This document shows positions 23,207 to 35,410 of a stretch of DNA of 39,370 bases, piece after piece. This DNA comes from Nemertoderma westbladi (taxonomy: Eukaryota > Animalia > Xenacoelomorpha), in the NCBI GenBank assembly GCA_032718475.1, contig JAUCBJ010002324.1, forward strand, positions 1 through 39,370, in the 5' to 3' direction. The notes beneath the pieces are model-generated. The model saw only the letters and a program-made list of their open reading frames with translations. It was not told where the DNA came from and did not search any database. Position 1 is the stretch's first letter; every line of letters starts with the position of its first letter. The position numbers and the translations under genes were made by a program.

Positions 23207-26200
23207 CGACGAACAACGTGTCCGACACCGATGAGATGGACACCCACACAGACTCGGAAGACGACGAGGTACCAAATGTCAAGAACATGACCCGTCGACT
23301 AGGTGCTCTCAAAGGCGGAGTCACTCGAGCGTATCAGCGTATAGAGAAACAACTCAAGAGAGTCGAAACTCCCCTCAACGAGATACAAACTCAGCTTCAG
23401 AATATCCGAAGTATCTTACAACGATATGAGAGGATGATACAGGCGTATCAAGAACTCATTCCCGCCACCGATCAGGTAAACTACCCCAGATTAGAGGAAC
23501 ATGTTGTACATCTAGATGAGTTCCGCAAACAACACCGGAGGACCCTCAGCCTCGTGAGAGGCTACGAGGAACAGTACTATAAGAGAGCGGAAAGAACAGA
23601 CTCAGAATCAGTGCGAACCTCCAGCACCAGGACAGCAATTCATCGAAAGAGAACCAGCATTCCAGCGCTAGGAGCGAGAGGTCTGGTTCGGCACGCAGTT
23701 CTCAAGGGGGTCAGCCACTTCGAGATCAGCTACGAGAACAGAAGGTATTGGCCCTCAAAGCTCGGATGGAAGATGAGTATGTTCAACTGCAAGTCGAGCA
23801 AGATGTATTAGCAGCCGAAATGCAAATCGAGAGGCCGAACAACACGAACAAGAGGCCGAACGGCAGGCTGAACGACAGGCCGAACAACGCGAACAGGAGG
23901 CTGAACAACGTAGATGAGAGGCCAAACAGGAGACCGAACAACGAAAACGGGAGGCAGAAATGCGTAAACAACATGCCAAGGCCAAAGCGATTCTCATCCA
24001 TAAAAAGAATGCGGATATTGCGAAACTCGCGGAATACGAAGCCGCACTTATAGAACGAGATATTCAACTATACGAGGACTGGGAAAGGGGTATAGATCAG
24101 AACTATGAACCAATCCCGATACCGGAATTAGAGAAGTCATTTACGCCACCAGCGGCGAAACCTCCGAAACCCGAGCTCCCGCCTACCATACAGTCTACGT
24201 TATCGGCACAAGCACCGGTATTCCATCCCCCACCAGTTACGCTTAAGAATGAGGAACCTTATTTCCCAGCCAACCCCACGGTCCCGAGCGTTCCCAAGTA
24301 CGAGCCTGAAAAGGACTCGGAACGGGACGCTACCCCTCGATCCAACAACCCGTTTACATCCACACCACAAATCCGTAACCGCGTCATCATTAAAACTCCA
24401 CCTATCATCGATCCATCGTCTATGGGAGAGAGTGCCAATAACTATAACCCTCCTAGTCATCCCGGTTCAGACGACGTTGGCATTATCCGGGCATTGGAAA
24501 ACCGACTGGCCATGCCCAAGATGGAGATCCGCACCTTCGAAGGAGACCCCGTCGATTACTTCAGATTCAAGAAACGGTTTTTCGCGCAGATTGGGTCAAC
24601 GGACATAGCCGATGCACAAAAACTGGTATATTTATCCCAATACCTGGGCGACAAACCACGCCGAATCATTGCATGTTTTGAGGGAAGATCTCATGAAGCA
24701 TACTATGACGCATGGAAAACTCTAGACAAAATATACGGAAATATCGGGACCATAATTAATAAAACTCTCGAGAAACTGATACAGGACGCGGGATCCCTAG
24801 GGGACCCACAGAATATCCAGGAATTCTCAGATTCCATGAAGGATGCCTACTACACTCTAAAACCATTAAATAAGGAGGAACAAGTAAACAACATTCTAAA
24901 CCTCCGACAGATCGCCCGAAAGTTCCCCGGATGGCTGCAAAGTAAGTGGGCGTATAAATGCGTAGATCTCCGGCGCAGACACCCAGATCGAGATCCCAGT
25001 TTCCTCAAAATGTCGGCATTCCTGGACGATATCTCCGAAGCCATGAATGACACGATGTTCTCGAAACAAAGTCTCGCCAAGTTAGACGGAATAGAGAGCA
25101 ACTCCAGGAGTAAGACACCCACTCAGAAACCGAGATTCCGTCCCCCTCCGGTGAGTACGATGGCTATCACCATGGCCCAGGATTCCGACGACGAAGACTA
25201 TGAGGAACCGACATCAGCCGAGGAATGGGCGTGTTATCTTGCGAATTGGGCACCCGAAAGGGAAGGCATAACAAACTCTCTTCTCTGTCTCTTCTGCGGA
25301 GAGAAACATAAGGTGGAATTCTGCAGGAAGTTCCAGTTTGCCGAACTCGTCCCACACTTCGAGGCGATAATGAAACACCGAGGATGCTTCCGGTGTCTTG
25401 GATCAGGTCACTATGTTCGGGATTGCGACCAAAGATCGTGCTGTGCAGTCTGTAATGACCTACGTCATCACACACTCCTCCACATCCCCGCGAACTTTGA
25501 CTTCACCACCCTCCCCTTTCGGATTGAAGCCAAACGAAGAGGAGAAACGAACCACGTTTCTAAAGGAACCCGGACGATTCAACGGAGGGAAACCAACCCG
25601 TTTAAGACCTCCACCGATACACCACAAGTGACAAATATCTCGGCCACAATCAACCTTATAAATCGCCGTTACATGGTCTTCGCCAAAGTAATCCCAGTAA
25701 GAATTCAAGGGGTCGGGAAATCCTTGACAACGCTCGCGTTCCTTGATAACGGGTCGGACGGAACCATCCTCGACCGGGATTTCCTCGAACAACTCGGCCT
25801 AGACTATGAACCTTGCAAATGGCCCATACAAACTATCACCTACCATAGAGAAGTAGAATCCAGGGAGGTGCAGCTCCAGATGGAAGGAGTCATGAAGGGC
25901 TACGAGACGGTTAAGCTAACAATCAAGAATGCCTTGGTACACACTGATCTCCGAGTGCGGTTCCGACAATCAGCCGAATACGCCCCTCTCATACAGTTAG
26001 ACCGAGAAGATGTAGACCTAAGGTGCCCGCCGTTGGACGTAAACCGCATCACCCTATTGATCGGACTTGACACACCGGAATTACACATACCCACCGGAGA
26101 CGTCACCCGATCTATAAAGCAGGATGATGGCTTTTACGCTGAACGAACAATCATGGGATGGACACTCTGCGGCATCAAGGAAGAGACTACAGACACCTAT

Positions 26201-28147
26201 ACATACCTTCCTAAATGTCAGATTAAAGAGAATGCAACCTCCGTGGGTTATTGTTCAGCTACCGACCTTGACGAGGATTTGTTCCTTGAGACCGAGAAAA
26301 CCCAGCAGGAGATGACCAAATACTTTAATCTAGAGACCAAAGAGTTTGCGGAAAAGGACGAGAACCCGTCCGAGGAGGATCAATATTGCATTGACGTCCT
26401 TGACCAGGCCACATTAAAAGATGGACATTGGTGTTCACCCATTCTATGGAAAGACCCAAATAAACCAATGGCGAATAACGCCAACATGGCCCTTAGGCGA
26501 CTTAAAGGGATCCTACGCCGGTTGAATGACCAACCCGAGATAAAGGAGAAATATATTAATGTAATCAAAGGATACATAGAAGATGGATTAGCGGAAATGG
26601 TACCCCGGAATGAACTGCAAGGGGGTAAAAGAACATATTATCTCCCAACCCACTATGTGGTAGAAGCCCGGAAGGGTGGTAAAATCCGAGTAGTCAATGA
26701 TGCCGCCGCTATGTATCAAGGCGAATCCCTGAACAGCCAACTTTATACAGGGCCCAACATATACAGTACACTCATTGGCGTGTTGATCAGGTTCAGGGAA
26801 AACCGGATAGCATTCACATGCAACATCAAAGCGATGTTTCACCAGGTCCAAACGCTACCAAGAGACTCAGACTGTCTGCGTATATTATGGACGGATAAAA
26901 CATTAACTCCACAGGAGATAAGTCAACTCACATTGAAGATGTAGACGTAATGCGCATGATCGTCAGGATCTTCAGTGCTAAGGACTCGCCGGTAGCATGT
27001 AGTGACATGCTGAAGAAAACGGCGACTATGCGCAAAAACGAGTTCCCTCCAGCCGTCATAGAAACCATCCGATGATGCTTCTACGTGGACGACGGATTCG
27101 CCAGCGCCGATAATGTCGACGAGGCATATCAGTTAGCAATGGGGATGGTGGAATGTTTAAAGAAAGGAGGTTTTCCGCTCATGAAGTTCAGATCCCACGA
27201 CAAAAAACTTATGGAAAAGTTTCCGGAGGAAATCCGACTGGACAGCAATAAAATGTATTCCGAGGATGTGGATCACCGTGTACTCGGCATTGAATGGGAC
27301 ATAGAATTGGATGAATTCATCTTCAAATATAACCCCCTACCCAAGCCCATGACGAAAAGGGGTTGTTTGTCCATAAAAAGTGCAATATTCGACCCACTAA
27401 ATTTCATATCTCCAGTAACCTTGGCTAGAATGAATTTGATTAAGGAAATGTGGATAGAAGGACTGGGATGGGATGAAGAACTCCCCCCACACCTCAGTGT
27501 CAAATGGAGAAAGTGGACGGAACAGCTCGAACACCTACATCTTATGTGGATCCCTCGACCGTTCTTCCTCGATAAACTACCCACCAATATCTTCCAGCTT
27601 CATACCTTCTCGGATGCTTCGAATACCGGAATTGGCATAGTCACTTTCTTTAGAAGACTAAGTCAAGATGGAAATGGCAATACGAGCTTCGTATTTTCTA
27701 AAGCTAAGACAGTATCCGGGGAATTCGTAGCGACGATTCCAAGACTTGAGCTACAGGCCGCAGTTTGGGCAGTGAGACAAAACCGCATGGTCATGTGGAA
27801 CATACGAATCCCCATCGAATCTCAACATTTCTGGGTTGATTCGAGTATCGTTCTCTACTACCTCCACTCACCATCACGGCGTCACACCACGTTTGTAGCG
27901 AACCGAGCCATGGAGATAAAACAATGCACCGGCCAAGAACAGTGGCACCATGTAAATGGGAAAGAAAATCCAGCGGACTTATCGAGCAGAGGCGCCACCC
28001 CAAAACAACTTGGTAAAAGTAAACTCTGGCTTACAGGCCCGGAATTCCTACAGCAGCCACAATTAGCCTGGAGTACCCGATTCGATCCCGAACTCGATAG
28101 TGGAAAATACTCTGAAGACGACAAGGAGATCCGTAAAGTCCATCCCA
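23203..28147 (+). pseudogene. BEL/Pao gag-pol polyprotein with frameshifts and stops, truncated before integrase
   Basis: Coiled-coil N-terminus; DUF1759-like PKMEIRTFEGDP; three Cys/His knuckles (CLFC..H...C, CFRC....H....C, CAVC...HHTLLH); protease FLDNGS; RT YYLPTH, KIRVVNDAAA, IKAMFHQV, FYVDD; Pao RNase H LHTFSDAS, IPRLEL, FWVDS, NPADLSSRG. Confidence 0.93.
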
Positions 28148-28728
28148 CGAACGGGTCCACCGACATGACAGACCCCTAGCCAAGCCGTACTGGTTCCCGA
28201 TGACCGATCCCTTCGGGGTTCGGGAGGGGTGGTACGGATACGCGACAGGGTCTACCGACTGGACCGACCCTTAGCCAAGCCGTACTGGTTCCTGATGACC
28301 GATCCCTTCGGGGTTCGGGAAGGGTGGTACGGACACGCAACAGGGTCGACCGACACCGACACTACGGCACCAAGACTAGGACCGAGGGAAAATCGGGGAA
28401 CATTACTTAGGCTAAAATCTGAGTGAACAGTGGGTAATTAAGCAATATACTGTAGGGATTTATATTGTCGTGTTATATTATTGTGAATAATTTGGTGTAT
28501 ATTGGTTTGGGGAAGCCCAACTTATTCTCAATCAAGGTTCAACTGTAGGGAAGTTACATTAAAGAGTATATCCAACCAATGAAGCTTTTCCTCAACCGCA
28601 ATCTTGCATTTAAGAACGTATTCCTTCTCCACAATCAATATCCGGTGACTGGCTGGGATTCCGTGGTCTGAAAAGTTCCGCCTCCAGCATCGGCGTTTTC
28701 CCCCATGGTGTCGGGAATAACAGCAACA
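28148..28728 (+). repeat. Truncated 3' LTR (last ~580 bp only)
   Basis: Matches 22227-22807 and is fused directly to pol at CGAACGGGTCC. Confidence 0.9.
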
Positions 28729-28733
28729 GCATT

Positions 28734-31025
28734 CTTACCAAGCGACACTTTCTCGTACATCAGCTCTGCTCACAGCACCACCACGTGGTTTGACCACTGT
28801 CTCTGCACGGGTTCCATGAATAGTTTAATCTCCAATATTCAAGTGAATTATTCATTAGTTTTCAATGACCACTTACCACTTATCATTGATATTGCTGGTA
28901 GCGGTTCCGCTGTATCTCAGGATCTGCCTCCCATAGATGCAACTGGTCGACAACGTTCTCCTCTCTGGGATAAAGCTTCTCACTACAATCTCGGATGCTA
29001 CAAGGAGGCATCAGACTCTGCTCTATCTGCATTGCATATCCCGACAGAAGCTCTCCTTTGTACCAATCCTCATTGTGCAAACTTAGATCATTCCAGTGAT
29101 CTTTCTCTCTTCTACGATGGATTAGTCGCCGGTCTCACCTCCTCCGCGCAATCCCACATTCCGTTCAGCAGACCCTCGAGTTCCCAGATGCGAGGGGTTC
29201 CCGGTTGGAATGACAAGGTCGATTTACTCCACAAATCCGCACATTCGTGTTTTCTCTTCTGGCGGTCTTCCGGCAGCCCTCGGAATGGATACGTTTTCTG
29301 ACAGATGTGTGCAACCAGAGCTCAATTTAAGTGCCATCTGCGTGAAGTTAAACATAAAGCTGCTACTATTTGCGCTGACAAGTTGGCAAAGTCGCTCAGT
29401 GATAAGGACTGCTTCAAATTCTGGCAGAATGTTCGTAAGTCCAACTCTTCATCCTTGCCTCCTTCTCCTACTCTTGATGGCGAATCCGGTTCGGAAGACA
29501 TCGCCAATATGTGGGGGAACCATTTCAGCGCTATATTTAACTATGTACCTCCGTCGCCCACCGACGATATTCATTCAGCCTTCACTGACATTGTTTTCTC
29601 TCGGGATATGAGGTTCTCTGTGGATGAACTTCGTCTTGCTCTGGCCCATTTGAAAAATTCAATAAGTCCTCGGGCCCGGATGGTTTAAGAGCTGAGCATA
29701 TTTTAACTTCATCAGACTGATTATTGGTGCATTTGTCTTTATTTTTTTCAAGTTGTAACATACATGGCTTTATTCCTGTTGCATTGCTTTCGTCCAATAT
29801 TTTACCCGTACTTAAGGATAAGGCCGGTGACTTGACAGACAAATTTAATTACAGACTGATTGCTACCGCTAATGTTCTCAGTAAATTGTATGAATTTTTA
29901 ATCCTTTCCCGTATTGATAATTTCTTAGGTACCAGAGACAACCAATTTGGATTTAAAAAATCGCTAGTTACTGAAACCTGTATTTATACGTTGAAAGAAT
30001 TAATTAATTACTATCTTTTTCATGGCTCTAATGTTTTTTATGTTTTTTAGATGCATCCAAAGCATTTGATAAAGTAGACCATGGACTTTTATTTCGACGT
30101 CTATGTGAACGCAAGCTACCTCTGTTTATCTTACGTATTTTAATGTACTGGTATTCGCATCAGACCTTGCAAGTTTTTTGGAATGGTTTTTATTCAAGAA
30201 CCTTTTGTTGTGTCAATGGGGTTAGGCAAGGAAGTATTCTGGCCCCCCGTTTTTGCAATATTTTTATTGATAAACTAAGTTCAGACCTGTCAGCCTCTAA
30301 TGTTGGATGTGCTTTACTTAATGTTTGTATTAATCACCTATTTCATGCAGATGACATTTGCCTCATTGCCTTTAATCCGTGTGCTTTACAGTTTTTAACG
30401 AATATTTGTTCCGATTTTGCCACAGATAACAATATGGTTTTTAATAGCAAGAAATCCAAGTGTCTTTTTATTTATAGTAAGTTAAGGCCGTTTTTTACTC
30501 ATCCTTCTATACATTTGTATGATAAACCTCTAGATATAGTTGAACCTTTTGAATACTTAGGCCATAATTTTACTTCAGACTTTTCTGATGATGCCGATAT
30601 GGCTGCTCAATTAAGGACGTTTTATGGTCGTGCAAATATGCTCATTCTCAAATTTAATAATTGTTCCCCCAGTGTCAAATCTGCACTTTTCAATACATTC
30701 TGCTCTAATGTTTGTTGTAATGCTCTCTGGTCGCGTTGTTTTTATTCACAATCCAGCTTTAACAAGATCTGTGTAGCTTTGACCAAAACTTTTAGAAACT
30801 TATTTTGGTATTCGCTTGTACAACAGTGACACAGGTGAACTAGCTAGCACTGGCGAAATGCTTGTCACTCTTAATTTACGCTCTATGGTGCATATACATA
30901 GCTTCTCACTTTTTAGCCTCCATCATCGTGTAAATATTTCGTGCAATCCGCTTCTCTCTGCAGTTCGCTTTACCTGTCGTCCAACATCTGCTTTGTACCA
31001 AACGTTTCTTCTCCATTGTAAATAA
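28734..31025 (+). pseudogene. LINE ORF2, 3' part (end of APE, linker, RT), with multiple frameshifts and stops
   Basis: Motifs TWFDHC, DHLPL, VPGWND, QFGFKK, LDASKAFDKV, GVRQGSIL, HLFHADD, YLGH and FYGRANML. Confidence 0.9.
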
Positions 31026-31066
31026 GTTTCATATACTTTCTATTTTATTTATTTATTTCCACCCCA

Positions 31067-32660
31067 TCGCGACATATATTACACGTTCGTGGGGCCTTCG
31101 CGCAGCACGAGGCCCAGTTATGAGATACAAATTAAAATTGAGCGACTGTATCACAAAATCAGGTTTTGAGAAATTTACCCACACCACCAATCAATCAAAG
31201 AAAGGGGGACAGTACGTGTTCACCCCTTTTAATCCCCCCCCCCCCCCCACCCTTCCCAACCACCAATACATAACCGCGACATCTACCACCCACGGAAGGG
31301 TAGCACGAACTTATTTCCAATCGCACGTTCAATATGCAAAGCCAGGTGGTTTATAGGAATATAATAAACGCAGTACTCGTATTCATTATAAGCCTCGTTG
31401 CGTTCGTCCTGTTTTGTATTTAAATATATTTCTTAAACGCAGGCTAGGACGTTCTTTATAATAATAATAACTAGGGATGCGATCAATATGTGAAGCCAGG
31501 TGGTTTATATAATAATTTAGTCAACGCAGTACTCGTCTTCATTATATGCCTCGTTGCGCTCGTCGCTTGTCCTGTTTTGTTATAAAATATTTTTCCTAAA
31601 CGCAGACTGACGATCTTTATACAGTTATAACTATGCGAAGTTTCGAAACTGTGCGAGTAACTGTTGATACATCTATGTGGATATGTGTGATATGTGGAGA
31701 TGTGTGATACAACGCCAACGCATCTTATGCCGATGTAGTAATATGGGTATTGAAATAATATTAAATTAATGTACACTCTTAAAGCTGCAGCGAAAAAATG
31801 TAGCTAATTTCCTAGGTTACATATAAAATAATAATATTATTTTTAAGAACATTAATTTTACTACTTTGCAAAAATTCAATTAAAAAATAACCAGACATAT
31901 ACATTGTGGAATAAACTATTTCAGAAGCCTACACAACAGCCATGCCATGGATAGTATTTATGTTATGATATCTGTCATTCACCTGAGATAGCAATACAAC
32001 ATTTATAGTGAATTTAAAGAATGCTGTCTGGGCTGGAATAGCAATGCTGGTTGTCTATTACTATTCCTCTCTGGTTAGTCTTAGCAACAACTCCCAGCCA
32101 GCAGCAGAGACTTGACCAATAATCATTCCCAGCAACTGGGAATGACACACACATCCCATCTATGTACCAGCATGTTGGCCAATAAATGAGCAGTATTTAA
32201 TGAGAATAAATTTTTTTTGCCGTTTTAATTACTTTAGATCAATTAAAGACACAATTATTAAAGCAAATCACTTGAACTAATTAAAAACTATAATAGAATG
32301 GCGTATGGGGATTACCTGTATAATTTTTAATTACAATTATTTAAATCTTATACTGTAAAACAATTAATTTCCTTTAAAAGGCAGGTTGAAAATGGTGTTT
32401 TTACCGTAATAACTTAATTAACTAATTAACTGCTATTATCTTAGCTTCTCGAAGGCCACACTGAAATTCTACTTGGAAAATTTCTAAACTTTTGCCAAAC
32501 AACATGTGTACCAAGTTTGGATAGATTTCATCAAAGATTGGCCGAGTTATTAACGTTTAAAATTGAACACGACAGAACGACAGAACGACAGAACGACAGA
32601 ACGACAGGTTGATTAATGGTACCACTACGCTAAGGCTCACTCACTTCGTGGCTCGCCCCA
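31067..32660. mobile_element. ~1.6-kb insertion in the LINE 3' UTR, probably non-autonomous Helentron/HINE-like or a composite
   Basis: Contains a TGTACCAAGTTTG core, an (ACGACAGA)n microsatellite, a terminal GGCTCACTCACTTCGTGGCTCGCC segment, a GC hairpin at 31092-31115 and a ~130-bp imperfect direct repeat (31329-31460, 31483-31621). CCCCA occurs at both inferred junctions. Boundaries uncertain. Confidence 0.4.
32569..32607. repeat. (ACGACAGA) microsatellite, about 5 copies
   Basis: Directly visible. Confidence 0.9.
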
Positions 32661-32770
32661 CATTCTTAACTATGTACCTTAATGATAATATTACCTTGTA
32701 TGTACGTTCTTTACTTTTGTGGTTTACTATGTATTTTTACTATGGCTTTTTGGCTGAATTAAAATAAATA

Positions 32771-35410
32771 ATACGGAGCAATACCGAGCTATACAGAGCA
32801 ATACCGAGCTGTACGGAGCAATACCGAGCTATACTGAGCAATACCGAGCTATACCAACCTATACTGAGCTATACAGAGAAATACCGAGCTATACGGAGCA
32901 ATACTGAGTTATACGGAGTGAATACTGAGCTATACCGAGCTATACGGAGAAATACCGAGCTATACCAAGCTATACGGAGCAATACCAAGCTATACGGAGC
33001 AATACCGAGCTATACGGAGCAATACCGACCTATACCAAGATATACGGAGCAATACTGAGCTATACGGTGCAATACCGATCTATACGGAGCAAAACCGAGC
33101 TATGCAGAGCAATACTGAGCTATACCAACCTATACTGAGATATACAGAGCTATACCGAGCTATACCAACCTATACTGACCTATACGGAGCAATACCAAGC
33201 TATACGGAGCAATACCGAGTTATATGGAGTGAATACCGAGCTATACCGAGCTATACGGAGCAATACCATGCTATACCAAGCTATTTGGAGCAATACCGAG
33301 CTATATGGAGCAATACCGAGCTATATGGAGCAATACCGAGCTATACGGAGCAATACCAAGTTATTCAGAGTGAATACCGTGTTATACCGAGCTATACTGA
33401 GCTATACGGAGCTATACTGAACTATACCAACCTATACCGACCTATATGGAGCAATACCGAGCTATACAGGGCAATACCGATTTATACAGAGTGAATTCCG
33501 AGCCATACCGAGATATATGGAGCAATACCGAGCTATACCAAGCTATATGGAGCAATACTGAGCTATACGGAGCAATACCGAGTTATACGGAATGAATACT
33601 GAGCTATACCGAGCTATATTGAGCAATACTGAGCTAGAAATACTGATCTATACCAACCTATACCGAGCTATACGGAACAATACCAAGCTATACGGAGCAA
33701 TACCGAGTTATACGGAGTGAATACTGAGCTATACCGAGCTATATGGAACAATACCGAGCTATATGGAGCAATACTGAGTTATACAGAGTGAATACCGAGC
33801 TATACCGAGCTATGCAGAGCAATACCGAGCTATACCAAGCTAAATGGAGCAATACCGAGCTATACGGAGCAATACCGAGATATACCAAGCTATACAGAGC
33901 AATTCCAAGCTATATTGAGCAATACCGAGCTATACAGAGCAATACAAAGTTATACAGAGTGAATACCGAGCCCTACCGAGCTACACGGAACTACACTGAG
34001 CTATACCAACCTATACCGAGCTATACGGAACAATACCAAGCTATACGGAGCAATACCGAGTTATACGGAGTGAATACTGAGCTATACCGAGTTATACGGA
34101 GTGAATACTGAGCTATACCAAGCTATATGGAACAATACCGAGCTATACGGGGCAATACCGAGTTATACAGATTGAATACCGAGCTATACCGAGCTATACA
34201 GAGCAATACCGAGCTATACCAAGCTATACAGAGCAATACTGAGCTATACGGAGCAATACCGAGTTCTACGGAGTGAATACTGAGCTTTACGGAGCAATAC
34301 CGAGCTATACCAAGCTAAACAGTGCAATACCGAGTTATACGGAGTGAATACTAAGCTATATGGAGCACTACCGAGCTATACGGAGCAATACCAATCTATA
34401 TGGAGTGAATACTGAGCTATATGGTGCAATACCCAGCTATACGGAGTGAATACCGAGCTATACGGACCAATACCAATCTATATGGAGTGAATACTGAGCT
34501 ATATGGTGCAATACCGAGCTATACAGAGTGAATACCGAGCTATATGGAGTCAATACCGAGCTATACTGACCTATACGGAGCAATACCGAGCTATACGGAG
34601 TGAATAGCGAGCTATACAGAGCTATAAGGAGCAATACCGAGCTTTACGGAGTGAACACAGAGCTATACCAAGCTATAAGGAGCAATACCGAGCAATACCG
34701 AGATATACAGAGCAATACCGAGCTATACGGAGAAATACTGAGTTATACGGAGTGAATCCCGAGCTATACCGAGCTATACGGAGCAATACCGAGCAATACC
34801 AAGCTAAACGTTGCAATACCGAACTATACGGAGTGAATACAGAGCTATACCGAGCTATAAGGAGCAATACCGAGCTATACAGAGTGAATACAGAGATATA
34901 CCGAGCTATACAGAGCAATACCGAGCTATACGGAGCAATACCAAGCTATACCAAGCTAATCGGAGCAATACCAAGCTATATGGAGTGAATACAGAGCTAT
35001 ACCGAGCTATACAGAACAATAGCGAGCTATACGGAGTGAATACAGAGCTATACCGAGGTATACGGAACAATACCGAGCTATACAAAGCTATATGAATCAA
35101 TACCAAGCCATACGGAAGAATACCGAGCTATATGGAGCGATACCGAGTTATACAGAGTGAATACTGAGCTATACCGAGCTATATGGAGTGAATACAGAGC
35201 TATACCGAGTTATACGGAGCAATACTGAGCTATACGGAGCAATACCGAGTTATACGGAGTGAATACCGTGCTATACCGAGCTATATGGAGTGAATACAGA
35301 GCTATACCGAGCTATATGGAGTGAATACAGAGCTATACCGAGTTATATGGAGCAATACCGAGCTATATGGAGTGAATGCCGAGCTATATCAACCTATACC
35401 GATCTATACT
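32771..35410. repeat. Satellite array, right arm (same 10-bp family)
   Basis: Same monomers as the left arm. Shares variant blocks with it (18511-18620 resembles 33352-33460). Confidence 0.97.

Larger units (their letters stand above)
21322..28728 (+). mobile_element. BEL/Pao LTR retrotransposon, defective (integrase, PPT and the 5' part of the 3' LTR deleted)
   Basis: TGTT...AACA ends and 5-bp target duplication GCATT (21317-21321, 28729-28733). BEL-type gag-PR-RT-RNase H order. Confidence 0.95.
19569..32770 (+). mobile_element. Apparently full-length but decayed two-ORF APE-RT LINE (possibly Proto2/RTEX-like; clade uncertain) inserted in the satellite
   Basis: Has a 5' UTR, ORF1, ORF2 (APE and RT motifs) and an AT-rich 3' UTR ending GGCTGAATTAAAATAAATA. 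Satellite phase resumes in register, with ATAC(G) on both sides (19564-19568, 32771-32775). Confidence 0.85.
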
